Assembly: GCA_947085205.1 (NCBI GenBank) | Contig: CAMTVO010000047.1 | Coordinates: 1-42,360 of the forward strand | DNA from: an uncultured Nitrospiraceae bacterium | Lineage (GTDB): Bacteria; Nitrospirota; Thermodesulfovibrionia; Thermodesulfovibrionales; Dissulfurispiraceae | Length of the DNA: 42,360 nt | Direction of reading: 5' to 3' | Shown here: in pieces, positions 18,975 to 27,878 of the stretch | Layout: each line of letters starts with the position of its first letter | Position numbering within the stretch: position 1 is the first letter of the stretch | Position numbers and translations under genes: made by a program | Notes under the pieces: generated by a model | Databases searched by the model: none | What the model saw: the letters and a program-made list of their open reading frames with translations, nothing else | What the model was told of the DNA's origin: nothing

Positions 18975-19475
18975 ATGTTAAACAAAACAGAAAAATGCTC
19001 ATTTACAAAATCACTCACAGGAGGTGTCTTATTTACCTCTCCCCAAAAAAAATCTCACAAATCAATTAGTTGTGATTTAAGCCATACCACCTTATATTTG
19101 ATTTGTCTGTTATCTGTCCTCTGTCTTCTGTTCCCTATCTTTACAACCTATAGTTATGCCGGCAAGTCTTCAAATAAGGATGCAGAAACGCCAATGTTTC
19201 AGTTAGAACCATTCATCCTGAATGTGGGCAGCAGGTTTTTAAAACTGTCTATAAATCTTGAGCTTTCATCACCGGCTGCAACCGAAAAAGCAAAAATAAA
19301 AACAGGCGCCATCAGGGATGCAATCATCATGCTTATCACAAGCAAGTCGCCAGACGATATATTTTCATCTGAAGGGAAGCAGCAACTTAAAGACGAAATA
19401 CTTACGAGATTGAACCGGATACTGGGTGAAGGCAGCGTTAAAAATATTTATTTCACCGATTTCGTAATGCAGTAA
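18975..19475 (+). CDS. fliL: flagellar basal-body associated FliL family protein (start uncertain)
   Basis: 'LEPFILN...IRDAII...EGKQQLKDEI...IYFTDFVMQ'. Confidence 0.85.
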   Translation: MLNKTEKCSFTKSLTGGVLFTSPQKKSHKSISCDLSHTTLYLICLLSVLCLLFPIFTTYSYAGKSSNKDAETPMFQLEPFILNVGSRFLKLSINLELSSPAATEKAKIKTGAIRDAIIMLITSKSPDDIFSSEGKQQLKDEILTRLNRILGEGSVKNIYFTDFVMQ

Positions 19476-19495
19476 ATAAAAATATCAGGGAAAAA

Positions 19496-19848
19496 ATGTT
19501 TAAGAAAACAATTTCTAATTTTATCGGATTTAAAAGGAACAAAGATAAATCAATAACCTGTCCGCGGAATGCAAAGGCAGGATGGACATAGAAGAGATAA
19601 ACTCGGACAGTATTTTTGAATATTACGAAGTCAAAAGGAGATATAAATGCAGTAAATGCGGGAAGCAGTACGACTCCCTTGAGCTGATAGTATTGAACGG
19701 AGAAATGCAATCCCTGACCGACGAACTGAACAGGCTTTACGGCTCGATCAATACCTTTCATTCCGCACTGAGTGTCTTGCTGGATGCAGCAAAAAAATTA
19801 AACGAAGCTCAAAAATCAGGCATATATGACGGCCCTGTTATGAATTAA
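19496..19848 (+). pseudogene. zinc-ribbon protein with a 2-nt frameshift at ~19565
   Basis: removing CG at 19565-66 gives 'ITCPECKGRMDIEE...YKCSKCGK' as one frame. Confidence 0.7.
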
Positions 19849-19860
19849 ACCCGAATATTT

Positions 19861-19902
19861 CAGTGAGCAGTAAGCAGTAAGCTGAAAGCTGTAAGCAGTG
19901 AG
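19861..19902. repeat. heptamer tandem array CAGTGAG CAGTAAG CAGTAAG CTGAAAG CTGTAAG CAGTGAG
   Basis: six degenerate 7-mers, intergenic. Confidence 0.85.
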
Positions 19903-19949
19903 GGGTAAACTGCAATGATTAAATTTTTGAAAAACGCAAATACAGGATT

Positions 19950-20198
19950 TCAGAGAAGTTTTACAAGTGCAGCAATAACGCCTGCCTGCGCCACGAGCAT
20001 ACCTGCTACCCATTTGATAATGCTTGTTACAACCTCTGATTTAAGCTCGGCAAGCCTTAAATCAAGATATTGTTTTGTAACAAGGTTATCAGACATTGTC
20101 TCTTTTAAAACCTCGGCAATCTCTTTAGATGCCTTTTCAGGCAGATCCGCTGCTTTGAGACGTTCATATATTTTGAGAGTGTCTATAATGACTTCCAT
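19950..20198 (-). CDS. DUF1640/CCDC90-like small membrane-anchored coiled-coil protein
   Basis: 'IDTLKIYERLK...LVTK.YL...IIKWVAGML..QAGVIAALVKLL'. Confidence 0.8.
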   Translation of the reverse strand: MEVIIDTLKIYERLKAADLPEKASKEIAEVLKETMSDNLVTKQYLDLRLAELKSEVVTSIIKWVAGMLVAQAGVIAALVKLL

Positions 20199-20276
20199 AG
20201 GTCAATTATACAAAAACAAAACAATTTTTACCATCCTTCTGACAAGAAGGCTAAGATTTAAAAACAGGGAGGTAGC

Positions 20277-21842
20277 ATGAAAATCAGCACAAGCCTTAAA
20301 ATCGTTGTAGTAGTATTATTCACATTTTCTTTAATCAGCGCTGCATCGGTCTTTTGGCAGTTACATAAAATGGCTACAGACGGCACGGTGGTCAATTATG
20401 CAGGCCGCCAGCGTGCGATATCGCAAAGGCTGGCTAAATTGGCATCACTGAAGTATCAGGGAGTTGATACAGAAAGTCTGATTAGCGAGCTTATTCCGAA
20501 GTTGAATAAGATAATTAAGGGGCTTATAAACGGCGATGCTAAGTTGGGTTTACCTAAGGCCACTGATCAGGTTTTTCTTGAGAAGATGCAGAATGTAGAC
20601 AATTCATGGATTAAATACAAGGAAACTATAAAAAGGGCTGTTAGCGGTGAGAATGTATTGCACGAACTACATAATGACAGTGAGAATTTCCTTAAGGCAG
20701 CAGAGGAATCCGTTAATGCCGCAGAGGCTTTCTCATTAAGCAAGGTAAAAACCATGAAGACAATACAGATAATCCTCTTTATATCAAACCTCATCATACT
20801 GGCAGGCATCTGGCTGATGAACCAGAAAAAGATAGCAAAGCCTTTATCTGAGCTAACAGAAAAGGTAGAGCAAATTAGTAGCGGCAACCTTAAAGTAACC
20901 ATAAAAAACACCGCCAACGACGAGGTGGGAATCCTTGCTCAAAACATGAACAAAATGGTGCAGTCCTTTAGCAATATGATAAACGGTATACTCACATCAG
21001 CAAACAATGTAGTGTCTACAGTGGATATATTGAGGAACAGGGCAGAAAAAACAACAGAGGGTGCACGAAACCAGTCGGGACAGGCATCACAGATAGCCAC
21101 AGCAGCAGAGGAGATGAGCCAGACAATAACCGACATAGCAAAAAATGCATCGGTTGCATCAGAGTCCTCATCCGAGGCAATGGAAACAGCAACAAAAGGC
21201 AAAGAGGTGGCAGATGGAGCAGTGAAGACAGTAAATAGGGTTTATACTTCAACAGTTGAACTCGCCACAATGGTTGAAAAACTGAACAATAGGGCATCGG
21301 AGATAGGAGACATAGTAACAGTCATAAAGGACATTGCAGACCAGACAAACCTTTTAGCATTGAATGCAGCCATCGAAGCAGCCCGTGCAGGAGAGCAGGG
21401 AAGAGGATTTGCAGTTGTTGCGGATGAGGTAAGAAAACTTGCAGAAAGGACAGTAAAGGCAACAACAGAGATAACGGACAAGATAAGTACAGTACAGTCA
21501 GAGTCCGAGCAGACAATGAAATCCATGGAAGATGCATCCGGAGAGGTCACAAAGGCAACAGACTACATAAGGCAGGTAGGAGATTCTTTAAATCATATAG
21601 TCGTGGCAGTCCAGAAAGTCCGCGACCAGATAACACAGATAGCAACTGCAGTGGATGAGCAGTCAGCGGCATCGGAAGAAGTGGCGAAAAACATAGAGAA
21701 GACATCTACCATATCAAAGGACATGGAGAGGATGTCTGACGATGTAATGCATCAGGTGAATTCATTGACAAAGATATCGGAGGAATTGAGAAACTCAACA
21801 GCAGGTTTTAAGACAAAGGGAAGCGAATTAATAGGGCAATAG
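20277..21842 (+). CDS. methyl-accepting chemotaxis protein with NarX/PilJ-like periplasmic domain
   Basis: two TMs, '[13 protein letters not shown]', HAMP, '[34 protein letters not shown]'. Confidence 0.95.
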   Translation: MKISTSLKIVVVVLFTFSLISAASVFWQLHKMATDGTVVNYAGRQRAISQRLAKLASLKYQGVDTESLISELIPKLNKIIKGLINGDAKLGLPKATDQVFLEKMQNVDNSWIKYKETIKRAVSGENVLHELHNDSENFLKAAEESVNAAEAFSLSKVKTMKTIQIILFISNLIILAGIWLMNQKKIAKPLSELTEKVEQISSGNLKVTIKNTANDEVGILAQNMNKMVQSFSNMINGILTSANNVVSTVDILRNRAEKTTEGARNQSGQASQIATAAEEMSQTITDIAKNASVASESSSEAMETATKGKEVADGAVKTVNRVYTSTVELATMVEKLNNRASEIGDIVTVIKDIADQTNLLALNAAIEAARAGEQGRGFAVVADEVRKLAERTVKATTEITDKISTVQSESEQTMKSMEDASGEVTKATDYIRQVGDSLNHIVVAVQKVRDQITQIATAVDEQSAASEEVAKNIEKTSTISKDMERMSDDVMHQVNSLTKISEELRNSTAGFKTKGSELIGQ

Positions 21843-22000
21843 ACGAGCCACATGCAAAGATACACGCACTGGCAAAAGAGGCAGTTTCAGCCTGTAATGC
21901 AGGAGATAAGGCAAGGGCAGAGAGGATTTATAAAGAGATGGAAAACATATCAGACCAGATAGGGAGTCTTATTGACGGGGTCAAGAGGGAGTGCAGATAG
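21833..22000 (+). pseudogene. out-of-frame C-terminal half of a CZB domain of the MCP
   Basis: frame from 21833 reads [55 protein letters not shown]. Confidence 0.75.
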
Positions 22001-22435
22001 CAATTCTTTTTCCATCTCCCTCATCTTCCTTGCCTGGTATTTATTCTTCTCGTGGTCGTATCCGAGCAGATGGAGAAGTCCATGCACCAAAAGCCATGAG
22101 ATCTCATTATAAAAGGTCAGCCCGTGCTCCAGTGCCTGTCTCTTTGCTTGGGGAAGGTTAATAACAATATCGCCGAGGACAAAGTTAGGAGTTATGGTTT
22201 CCAATTGTGAGAATGAAAGGACATCGGTAGTTTTATCCTTTCCGCGATACTGCAGGTTCAGTTCCCTCATCTTTCTGTCGTTTACAAAAAGAACGCTTAT
22301 CTCGGCAGACTCCAGAAAGTAGTATCTGCGGCGGTATTTGCGAGTTAAATATTTAAGGACTTTTCTGAGAATTCTTTCTGCTCTCTGCAGGTCTATCTTT
22401 ATCTGCCTTTGGTTGTTCCTTATTGTTATTTCCAT
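21950..22435 (-). CDS. ybeY: rRNA maturation RNase YbeY
   Basis: 'YRGKDKTTDVLSF', 'HGLLHLLGYDH'. Confidence 0.95.
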   Translation of the reverse strand: MEITIRNNQRQIKIDLQRAERILRKVLKYLTRKYRRRYYFLESAEISVLFVNDRKMRELNLQYRGKDKTTDVLSFSQLETITPNFVLGDIVINLPQAKRQALEHGLTFYNEISWLLVHGLLHLLGYDHEKNKYQARKMREMEKELLSALPLDPVNKTPYLV

Positions 22436-24005
22436 TGTCTTGCAAACTCGGCACGCCCCATGCATCCCTTTCTCCGATATTTATAGGAATGGCTTCAGAC
22501 GTCGGCCTTTCTGTCTTATGCGACACGCCTTTGACGGCTATCTCCGGATATTCTATCCTCCTATGGAATATGCTCGTAAGTATGTATGTAAACCTCTTCT
22601 TCACCTCCGATATATCTTTAAGTGTCAGCTCGCATTCATCTATCTGGCCGTCGAGGAATATATTGTTTATTATCCTGTCCACAAGGGCCGAAATCCTTGC
22701 AGAAGTAGGATCTGTGAGAGCACGGGAGGCTGCTTCAACGGCATCTGCCATCATAACGAGGGCAGCCACCCTTGTCTGGGGTTTTGGGCCGGGGTAGCGA
22801 TAATTTTCCTGCGATACTCCGGGAGACTGCTCTACAGCCTTTTGATAGAAGTATGTTATCAGGCTTGTGCCGTGGTGCTGCTGTATGATATCAATCACGA
22901 GTCTCGGCAGTTTATACTCCCTTGCCAGATCAAAGCCCTCTTTGACGTGGGAGGTCAGTATCATACTGCTCATATTAGGCGTAAGCTTTTCGTGCTTGCT
23001 CAGAGTTCCTGCCTGGTTTTCTACAAAATACTCCGGCATCTTCATTTTGCCTATGTCGTGATAATAAGCGGTCACCCTCGCAAGAAGGGGGTTTGCACCC
23101 ACAGCTTCTGCTGCGGCCTCGGCAAGGTTTCCGACAATAACGCTGTGGTGGTATGTTCCCGGAGCGGCTATCATCAGATTGCGCATCAACGGCTGGTCAA
23201 GGTCTAAGAGTTCGACAAGGCTTATATCTGTTGTTATTCCGAAGATATATTCAACGGCAGGCAGCATCATGGATATTGTTGCAGATACCATAATTCCCGA
23301 CAGGGCGGCAAATAGAAAAGCTGAAGGTGATATTTCAGAAAAAAGATTTCCGTTAAGCAGGAGAATAATGCCGGCGGTGACAATATTAACAGCGCTCACA
23401 TATACGCCGCCCTTTATGAGGGCAGAGCGCTTTTTACATCGCATAACGCTGAATGCCGCTGTTAAACTTCCTATGAATACGTATACCGTGTATAAAGGGT
23501 CGTTTAGCCATATCCCGGCAATAAGACTTATAGCAAATGAGAATATTATGGATGTATGGAAATCGAATATGAGCTTTACCATCATCGCTCCTATCGGGAT
23601 AGGTATGCCGTAGATGAAGGCGCCTCCGTCAGGAAAGTTGAGCCCCCTCTGAAGTCCGGACAGCAGATACTCGAATACCCGTCCAAGCAGAAGTGTGCCT
23701 GCTACGAGGATCCCCAATAGGAGCAGCATTTTGTAATCCATGAGATAGCCCGGCTTATAGCGCTTTATGTCCTTGTAGAAGACGAACAGAATAACCGCAA
23801 CTATAAGGAAACTGCCGACAAAGCGGTCAATGCTCAGCTTTTCCTGAATTATCATGGCGGATATGAGACCGAGGGCTATCAGGACTGCAATCCTGTATAT
23901 ATCGTCCTTATGCCTCTCCCTATACTCCTTAAGATTCCGGAGAAAATTTTCCTGAAATATCTTTCGGAGACCTTTACTACCGCTCTTCTGGATTCCGTTT
24001 TTCAT
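22353..24005 (-). CDS. 7TM-HD (HDIG) phosphohydrolase, PgpH-like
   Basis: multiple TMs, 'APGTYHHS', 'YYHDIGK', 'HHGT', 'ADAVEAA'; phoH-HD-ybeY synteny. Confidence 0.9.
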   Translation of the reverse strand: MKNGIQKSGSKGLRKIFQENFLRNLKEYRERHKDDIYRIAVLIALGLISAMIIQEKLSIDRFVGSFLIVAVILFVFYKDIKRYKPGYLMDYKMLLLLGILVAGTLLLGRVFEYLLSGLQRGLNFPDGGAFIYGIPIPIGAMMVKLIFDFHTSIIFSFAISLIAGIWLNDPLYTVYVFIGSLTAAFSVMRCKKRSALIKGGVYVSAVNIVTAGIILLLNGNLFSEISPSAFLFAALSGIMVSATISMMLPAVEYIFGITTDISLVELLDLDQPLMRNLMIAAPGTYHHSVIVGNLAEAAAEAVGANPLLARVTAYYHDIGKMKMPEYFVENQAGTLSKHEKLTPNMSSMILTSHVKEGFDLAREYKLPRLVIDIIQQHHGTSLITYFYQKAVEQSPGVSQENYRYPGPKPQTRVAALVMMADAVEAASRALTDPTSARISALVDRIINNIFLDGQIDECELTLKDISEVKKRFTYILTSIFHRRIEYPEIAVKGVSHKTERPTSEAIPINIGERDAWGVPSLQDNGNNNKEQPKADKDRPAESRKNSQKSP

Positions 24006-24945
24006 GCCTTTCATATGCCCTTACTATCTCCTGAACAAGCTTGTGCCTTACAACATCCCTTTCCGAAAAGTATATTATCTTGATGTCCTCTACATCCTTG
24101 AGTATTCGCAAGGCCTCCACAAGTCCGGACACCCTGCCCGAGGGAAGGTCTATCTGCGTGATATCGCCTGTGATTACTGTTTTAGAGCCGAAGCCGAGCC
24201 TTGTAAGGTACATCTTCATCTGCTCCGAAGTTGTGTTCTGTGCCTCGTCAAGAATTATAAAAGAATCGTTCAGTGTTCTACCTCTCATGAATGCAAGGGG
24301 CGCTATCTCTATAATGCCCCTCTCTATCAGCTTCGATGCCTTGTCTATTTCCATCATATCGAAAAGGGCGTCGTACAGCGGCCTCAGATAAGGACTCACC
24401 TTTTCTGCAATGTCTCCGGGCAGGAAACCTAATTTTTCTCCTGCCTCGACAGCAGGCCTTACAAGGACAATCCTCGACACCTGCTTTGTCAGAAAGGCAT
24501 TTATAGCCATCGCCATTGCGAGGTATGTCTTCCCTGTGCCTGCAGGGCCTATGCCGAAGACTATATCATACTCGTTTATGGAGTCTATGTATTTACTCTG
24601 CATCTCGGTTTTAGGGATTATAAACCTCTTTTTGGAGGCTATAGGAATACTTCCTTTAAAAAGCTCTTTTACTGAAATATCTTTGCCTTCGGAAAGAGAT
24701 TTGACGGCATAGCTTATATCTTCAGGCTTCAGGATGTATCCGTTTCTGTTCACATCCCTTATTTCCTGAATCAACCTCTCCGTCTTGTCAACATTTCCGT
24801 CTTCTCCCTGAATCAAGAGCTTATTGCCCCTGACACTGACGGCAACGTCGAGGAAGCTTTCTATAATCTTAAGGGTCTTGTCCATTCCTCCGTGAAGAAA
24901 AGGATATTCCCTTTCTTCATCCAGTTCAAGTTCTACGGTCTTCGT
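23977..24945 (-). CDS. phoH: PhoH-family ATPase (probable non-AUG start at 24945; first ATG at 24885)
   Basis: GPAGTGKT, RPAVEAGEKLGFLPGD, MRGRT, DEAQN, GDITQIDL. Confidence 0.93.
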   Translation of the reverse strand, partial: TKTVELELDEEREYPFLHGGMDKTLKIIESFLDVAVSVRGNKLLIQGEDGNVDKTERLIQEIRDVNRNGYILKPEDISYAVKSLSEGKDISVKELFKGSIPIASKKRFIIPKTEMQSKYIDSINEYDIVFGIGPAGTGKTYLAMAMAINAFLTKQVSRIVLVRPAVEAGEKLGFLPGDIAEKVSPYLRPLYDALFDMMEIDKASKLIERGIIEIAPLAFMRGRTLNDSFIILDEAQNTTSEQMKMYLTRLGFGSKTVITGDITQIDLPSGRVSGLVEALRILKDVEDIKIIYFSERDVVRHKLVQEIVRAYERHEKRNPEER

Positions 24946-24955
24946 AAAAAACCTC

Positions 24956-25726
24956 CTACTTCGTCGTTACAAAGTTCTGCAGCCCGGTCTGTTTCTGCAG
25001 TTTCACTGCCTGCAATTCCGCATCCTTTCTGTTCTTGAACGACCCCGCTCTTACCCTGAAATACGGGTCGCTCTCGCTTTCGCTTACAACATATGCCTTA
25101 ATTCCTTTTGCCTTCAGACTCTGCTGCAACTGCTCGGCGCCTTCTTTATTGGGGAAGGCTCCGAATTGAATGGCATAAAGTCTCTTTTCGGATACAGTGC
25201 TTTGGGACTTGGCAGTCTTAGTAGATTGCGATGCTTTAGGCAGGACTTTCTTTTTCGACGCCTTGCTTGATTGCTTACCTGTTTTTGTCCCGGCTGTCTT
25301 GACCTCCGGAGAATCTTTATCGGCAGGCTGCCTATTTTCAAACTGCGCATCTTTTCCCTCGGCGATTTCTATCCGCTGGCTTTTGTCCGTCCTGTCTTCA
25401 ACAGCCTTTTGCTCATTAGGAGGCTCTTTTTCCTGCTCCAAAGGCTTTTGAGGTTTAATTTCCTGAGGGAACTCCGGCGGCTTGATAGAAGGCGCTATGG
25501 GTGTATTTCCGGCAGCAGGTTCGAGAACCTTTTTATCCTCCGGCGGTATGTGCGGCTTTTGTTCTGCAGCGCTTTCCTCTTTTTCTGTCTGCGACACATC
25601 GCCGCCTTTATAGCCCCAGAAATAGCCGAGGCCGAAACTGAGCAAGGTAATGACAATAGCGCCTATAACCACTGTGCTCCTTCCGAGGAGCAAAATGGAA
25701 GACCTCTCTGGACCCCTAACCCTCAT
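24956..25726 (-). CDS. SPOR domain cell division protein (FtsN/DedD-like)
   Basis: N-terminal TM, low-complexity linker, 'YAIQFGAF...YFRVRAGSF'. Confidence 0.88.
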   Translation of the reverse strand: MRVRGPERSSILLLGRSTVVIGAIVITLLSFGLGYFWGYKGGDVSQTEKEESAAEQKPHIPPEDKKVLEPAAGNTPIAPSIKPPEFPQEIKPQKPLEQEKEPPNEQKAVEDRTDKSQRIEIAEGKDAQFENRQPADKDSPEVKTAGTKTGKQSSKASKKKVLPKASQSTKTAKSQSTVSEKRLYAIQFGAFPNKEGAEQLQQSLKAKGIKAYVVSESESDPYFRVRAGSFKNRKDAELQAVKLQKQTGLQNFVTTK

Positions 25727-26790
25727 AAGATGAGCATAGCATCGCCATAGGAAAAAAATCTATAACCCATAGCAATAGCCTCCTTATAAGCCTTAAGTAA
25801 TGTTTCAAAACTGCAAAACGCCGATGCGAGCATTAATGGGGTCGAGCAGGGCAGATGAAAATTGGTTATAAGGCTGTCCACTGCCTTGAATTTGTATCCG
25901 GAGTATATGAAGATATCTGTGTATCCCTGTATTAAACCATTTACTTTTTCATGGCCGCTGAACGCTGAAAACTGACCACTGAAATAGCCCTCCAGCGCCC
26001 TCGTTGCAGTCGTTCCGACAGTTATCACCCTTTTGCCGGACTCTTTTGTTTCCTTTATTTTTTCTATAAGTGATGATTTCACCTCAAAGTATTCGGAGTC
26101 CATTTTGTGTCCTTTTACATTCTCAGCCTTTATTGGTTTAAATGTGCCGACGCCTACATGAAGGGTTAATGTTTCGACAATCACTCCTTTGTCTTTTATC
26201 CTTTTGAGAAGCTCTTCTGTGAAATGCAGCCCTGCTGTCGGAGCGGCTATCGAGCCCTGATTCTCTGCATAAACCGTTTGGTATCTTTGCTTATCGCTCT
26301 CGTCAGGCATGCGGTTTATATAAGGCGGCAGAGGCATATGGCCGTATTGCCACAGGATGTCTTTCACCATCGAAGAATCCATACCTATAAATCTTAAAAA
26401 TTTTTTTTGACTGCTGACTGCTGACTGCTGACTGCTGACTTTTTCCGTCCATATCTCTGCCTTAATGCCGTCTCCGGCAGTCACCGTGCCGTTGAACCTT
26501 CCCCTGCACATTATTTCCCATGTGCCATTTTCATCGGTCTCTTTAACAAGCAGGATACCAAGCTTTCCGCCTGTAGATTTTGAAGCGACAACACGTGCAG
26601 GAAAAACTTTTGTATCGTTCAGCAAAATCAAGTCGCCTTCGCTGAGATATTCGGCAATATCAAAAAACCTCCTGTGTTCGATGCCTCCATTCCTGTGGAG
26701 AACAAGAAGCCTCGAATTATCTCTCTTCTCCGATGGTCTTAATGCGATTAAATCTTTTGGGAGGTGAAAATCGAAATCAGCGGTTTTCAT
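25723..26790 (-). CDS. queA: SAM:tRNA ribosyltransferase-isomerase
   Basis: 'FDFHLP', 'PLPPYI', 'AAPTAGLHF', 'TNFHLP', 'FFSYGDAM'. Confidence 0.97.
   Translation of the reverse strand: MKTADFDFHLPKDLIALRPSEKRDNSRLLVLHRNGGIEHRRFFDIAEYLSEGDLILLNDTKVFPARVVASKSTGGKLGILLVKETDENGTWEIMCRGRFNGTVTAGDGIKAEIWTEKVSSQQSAVSSQKKFLRFIGMDSSMVKDILWQYGHMPLPPYINRMPDESDKQRYQTVYAENQGSIAAPTAGLHFTEELLKRIKDKGVIVETLTLHVGVGTFKPIKAENVKGHKMDSEYFEVKSSLIEKIKETKESGKRVITVGTTATRALEGYFSGQFSAFSGHEKVNGLIQGYTDIFIYSGYKFKAVDSLITNFHLPCSTPLMLASAFCSFETLLKAYKEAIAMGYRFFSYGDAMLIL
25957..25984. repeat. degenerate heptamer array within queA
   Basis: GCTGAAC GCTGAAA ACTGACC ACTGAAA. Confidence 0.7.
26408..26440. repeat. perfect TGACTGC x4.7 array within queA
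   Basis: exact tandem 7-mers encoding VSSQQSAVSSQ. Confidence 0.92.
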
Positions 26791-27868
26791 ATAACTCTAT
26801 GGTGGTTCCCGGATAGAACTTGGAGATTATCTCCCTGTAATTCGTTCCCTTCTTTGCCATATCGAGAGCGGTCCACTGACACATCCCTACTCCATGACCG
26901 TATCCTTTGCCTTCGAATATGTATATTTCTTCGCTTTTTGCTATGTTTGTTATCATTGTGCTCGGCAGCTTATCCCAGCCTAAATTCTTCCTCAGTTCCT
27001 TGGCAGGGAAAACATGTTCAACGGACTCTGCAATAATCTTAAAATTCCTTGCGCGATTGGAGACAGTGAGCGATTCAACTATAATATTTTTTATGCCGCC
27101 AATATTCGAGGCCCTCTCTATCTCGGACACCGGTATCTTCTTCTCCCATATATAATAAGGTGACAATTCGCTGCTTGTCTCTACGGGCATTAAATAAGGA
27201 TAACTTTTGCCAAAAACCTCTGAAGGATCCTCAGTCATGCCGCCGCTCGTGGAATGATAGTACGCAATTATGGGCTTGCCGTCGAATGTCAATATCTCTC
27301 CTCTTGTTTCATTTACCGCTCTTGATATGTTTTCAGGGACGCTGCCTCCTTTATAAACCTGATGAAGAACAGATGATGTCAGGTGATAAGGCATTTTGCC
27401 GTTATTCATTTTTTGATACAAGGCATACGTTCGTGCAACAACAGCCTGTGCTTTTAAAGCTTCCAGGTCCCACCTATTGCCCACTTCTCCAGCGACAACT
27501 CCTTTTATATAATCTTCGAGGGGTATTTCATTAACTATGTAAATACCGTTTTCCCCCTTCCAGACTTCAATAATGCCTGAATATTTCAACCCGCTCAGGA
27601 GCACATCTCCTTTTGCATTGCCGAATCTCTCTATCTTCTCATCCTTCTTCGGAATCTTTCCATTTTTCCCGTCTGTCAGCAATACCCTTATGGTAGTCTC
27701 GGCGTAAGCGGTGAACAGTGAATAGTGAATAGTGAATAGTAAAATAAGAACAGCAGTGCAGTAGCGCAATAGCGCAGTAGAATTTTTTTGTTTAAACTGC
27801 TGATCTTCTGCTCTGTTGCCCTTCTGCTCTATTACTCTTCTGACTTCTAACTTCTGTCCTCTGTCCAT
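26777..27868 (-). CDS. SpoIID/LytB domain protein
   Basis: 'LEDYIKGVV.GE...EALKAQAVVARTYA', 'YHSTSGG', 'GYGHGVGMCQW'; GGAGGA SD. Confidence 0.92.
   Translation of the reverse strand: MDRGQKLEVRRVIEQKGNRAEDQQFKQKNSTALLRYCTAVLILLFTIHYSLFTAYAETTIRVLLTDGKNGKIPKKDEKIERFGNAKGDVLLSGLKYSGIIEVWKGENGIYIVNEIPLEDYIKGVVAGEVGNRWDLEALKAQAVVARTYALYQKMNNGKMPYHLTSSVLHQVYKGGSVPENISRAVNETRGEILTFDGKPIIAYYHSTSGGMTEDPSEVFGKSYPYLMPVETSSELSPYYIWEKKIPVSEIERASNIGGIKNIIVESLTVSNRARNFKIIAESVEHVFPAKELRKNLGWDKLPSTMITNIAKSEEIYIFEGKGYGHGVGMCQWTALDMAKKGTNYREIISKFYPGTTIELYENR
27711..27868. repeat. mosaic of 7-, 8- and 16-nt tandem arrays forming the SpoIID N-terminus and signal peptide
   Basis: GTGAA(C/T)A x4, CAGTAGCG-type x4, CTTCTGCTCT x2, CTTCTG-type heptamers x4. 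Confidence 0.85.
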
Positions 27869-27878
27869 CATCTCCTCC

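Noticed and set aside
19019..19040. AGGAGGTG inside the fliL ORF as the true SD
   Set aside because: No canonical start codon at a suitable distance; cannot be resolved from sequence.
19861..19902. Short repeats as a CRISPR array
   Set aside because: Tandem 7-mers with no spacers and no cas genes.
22448..22465. Sigma54-like CGGCAC-N5-ATGCA
   Set aside because: Imperfect, inside a CDS and oriented antisense.
22338..23207. 289-aa plus-strand ORF and other long antisense ORFs (e.g. 7480-8088)
   Set aside because: Shadows of well-supported genes with no recognisable motifs.
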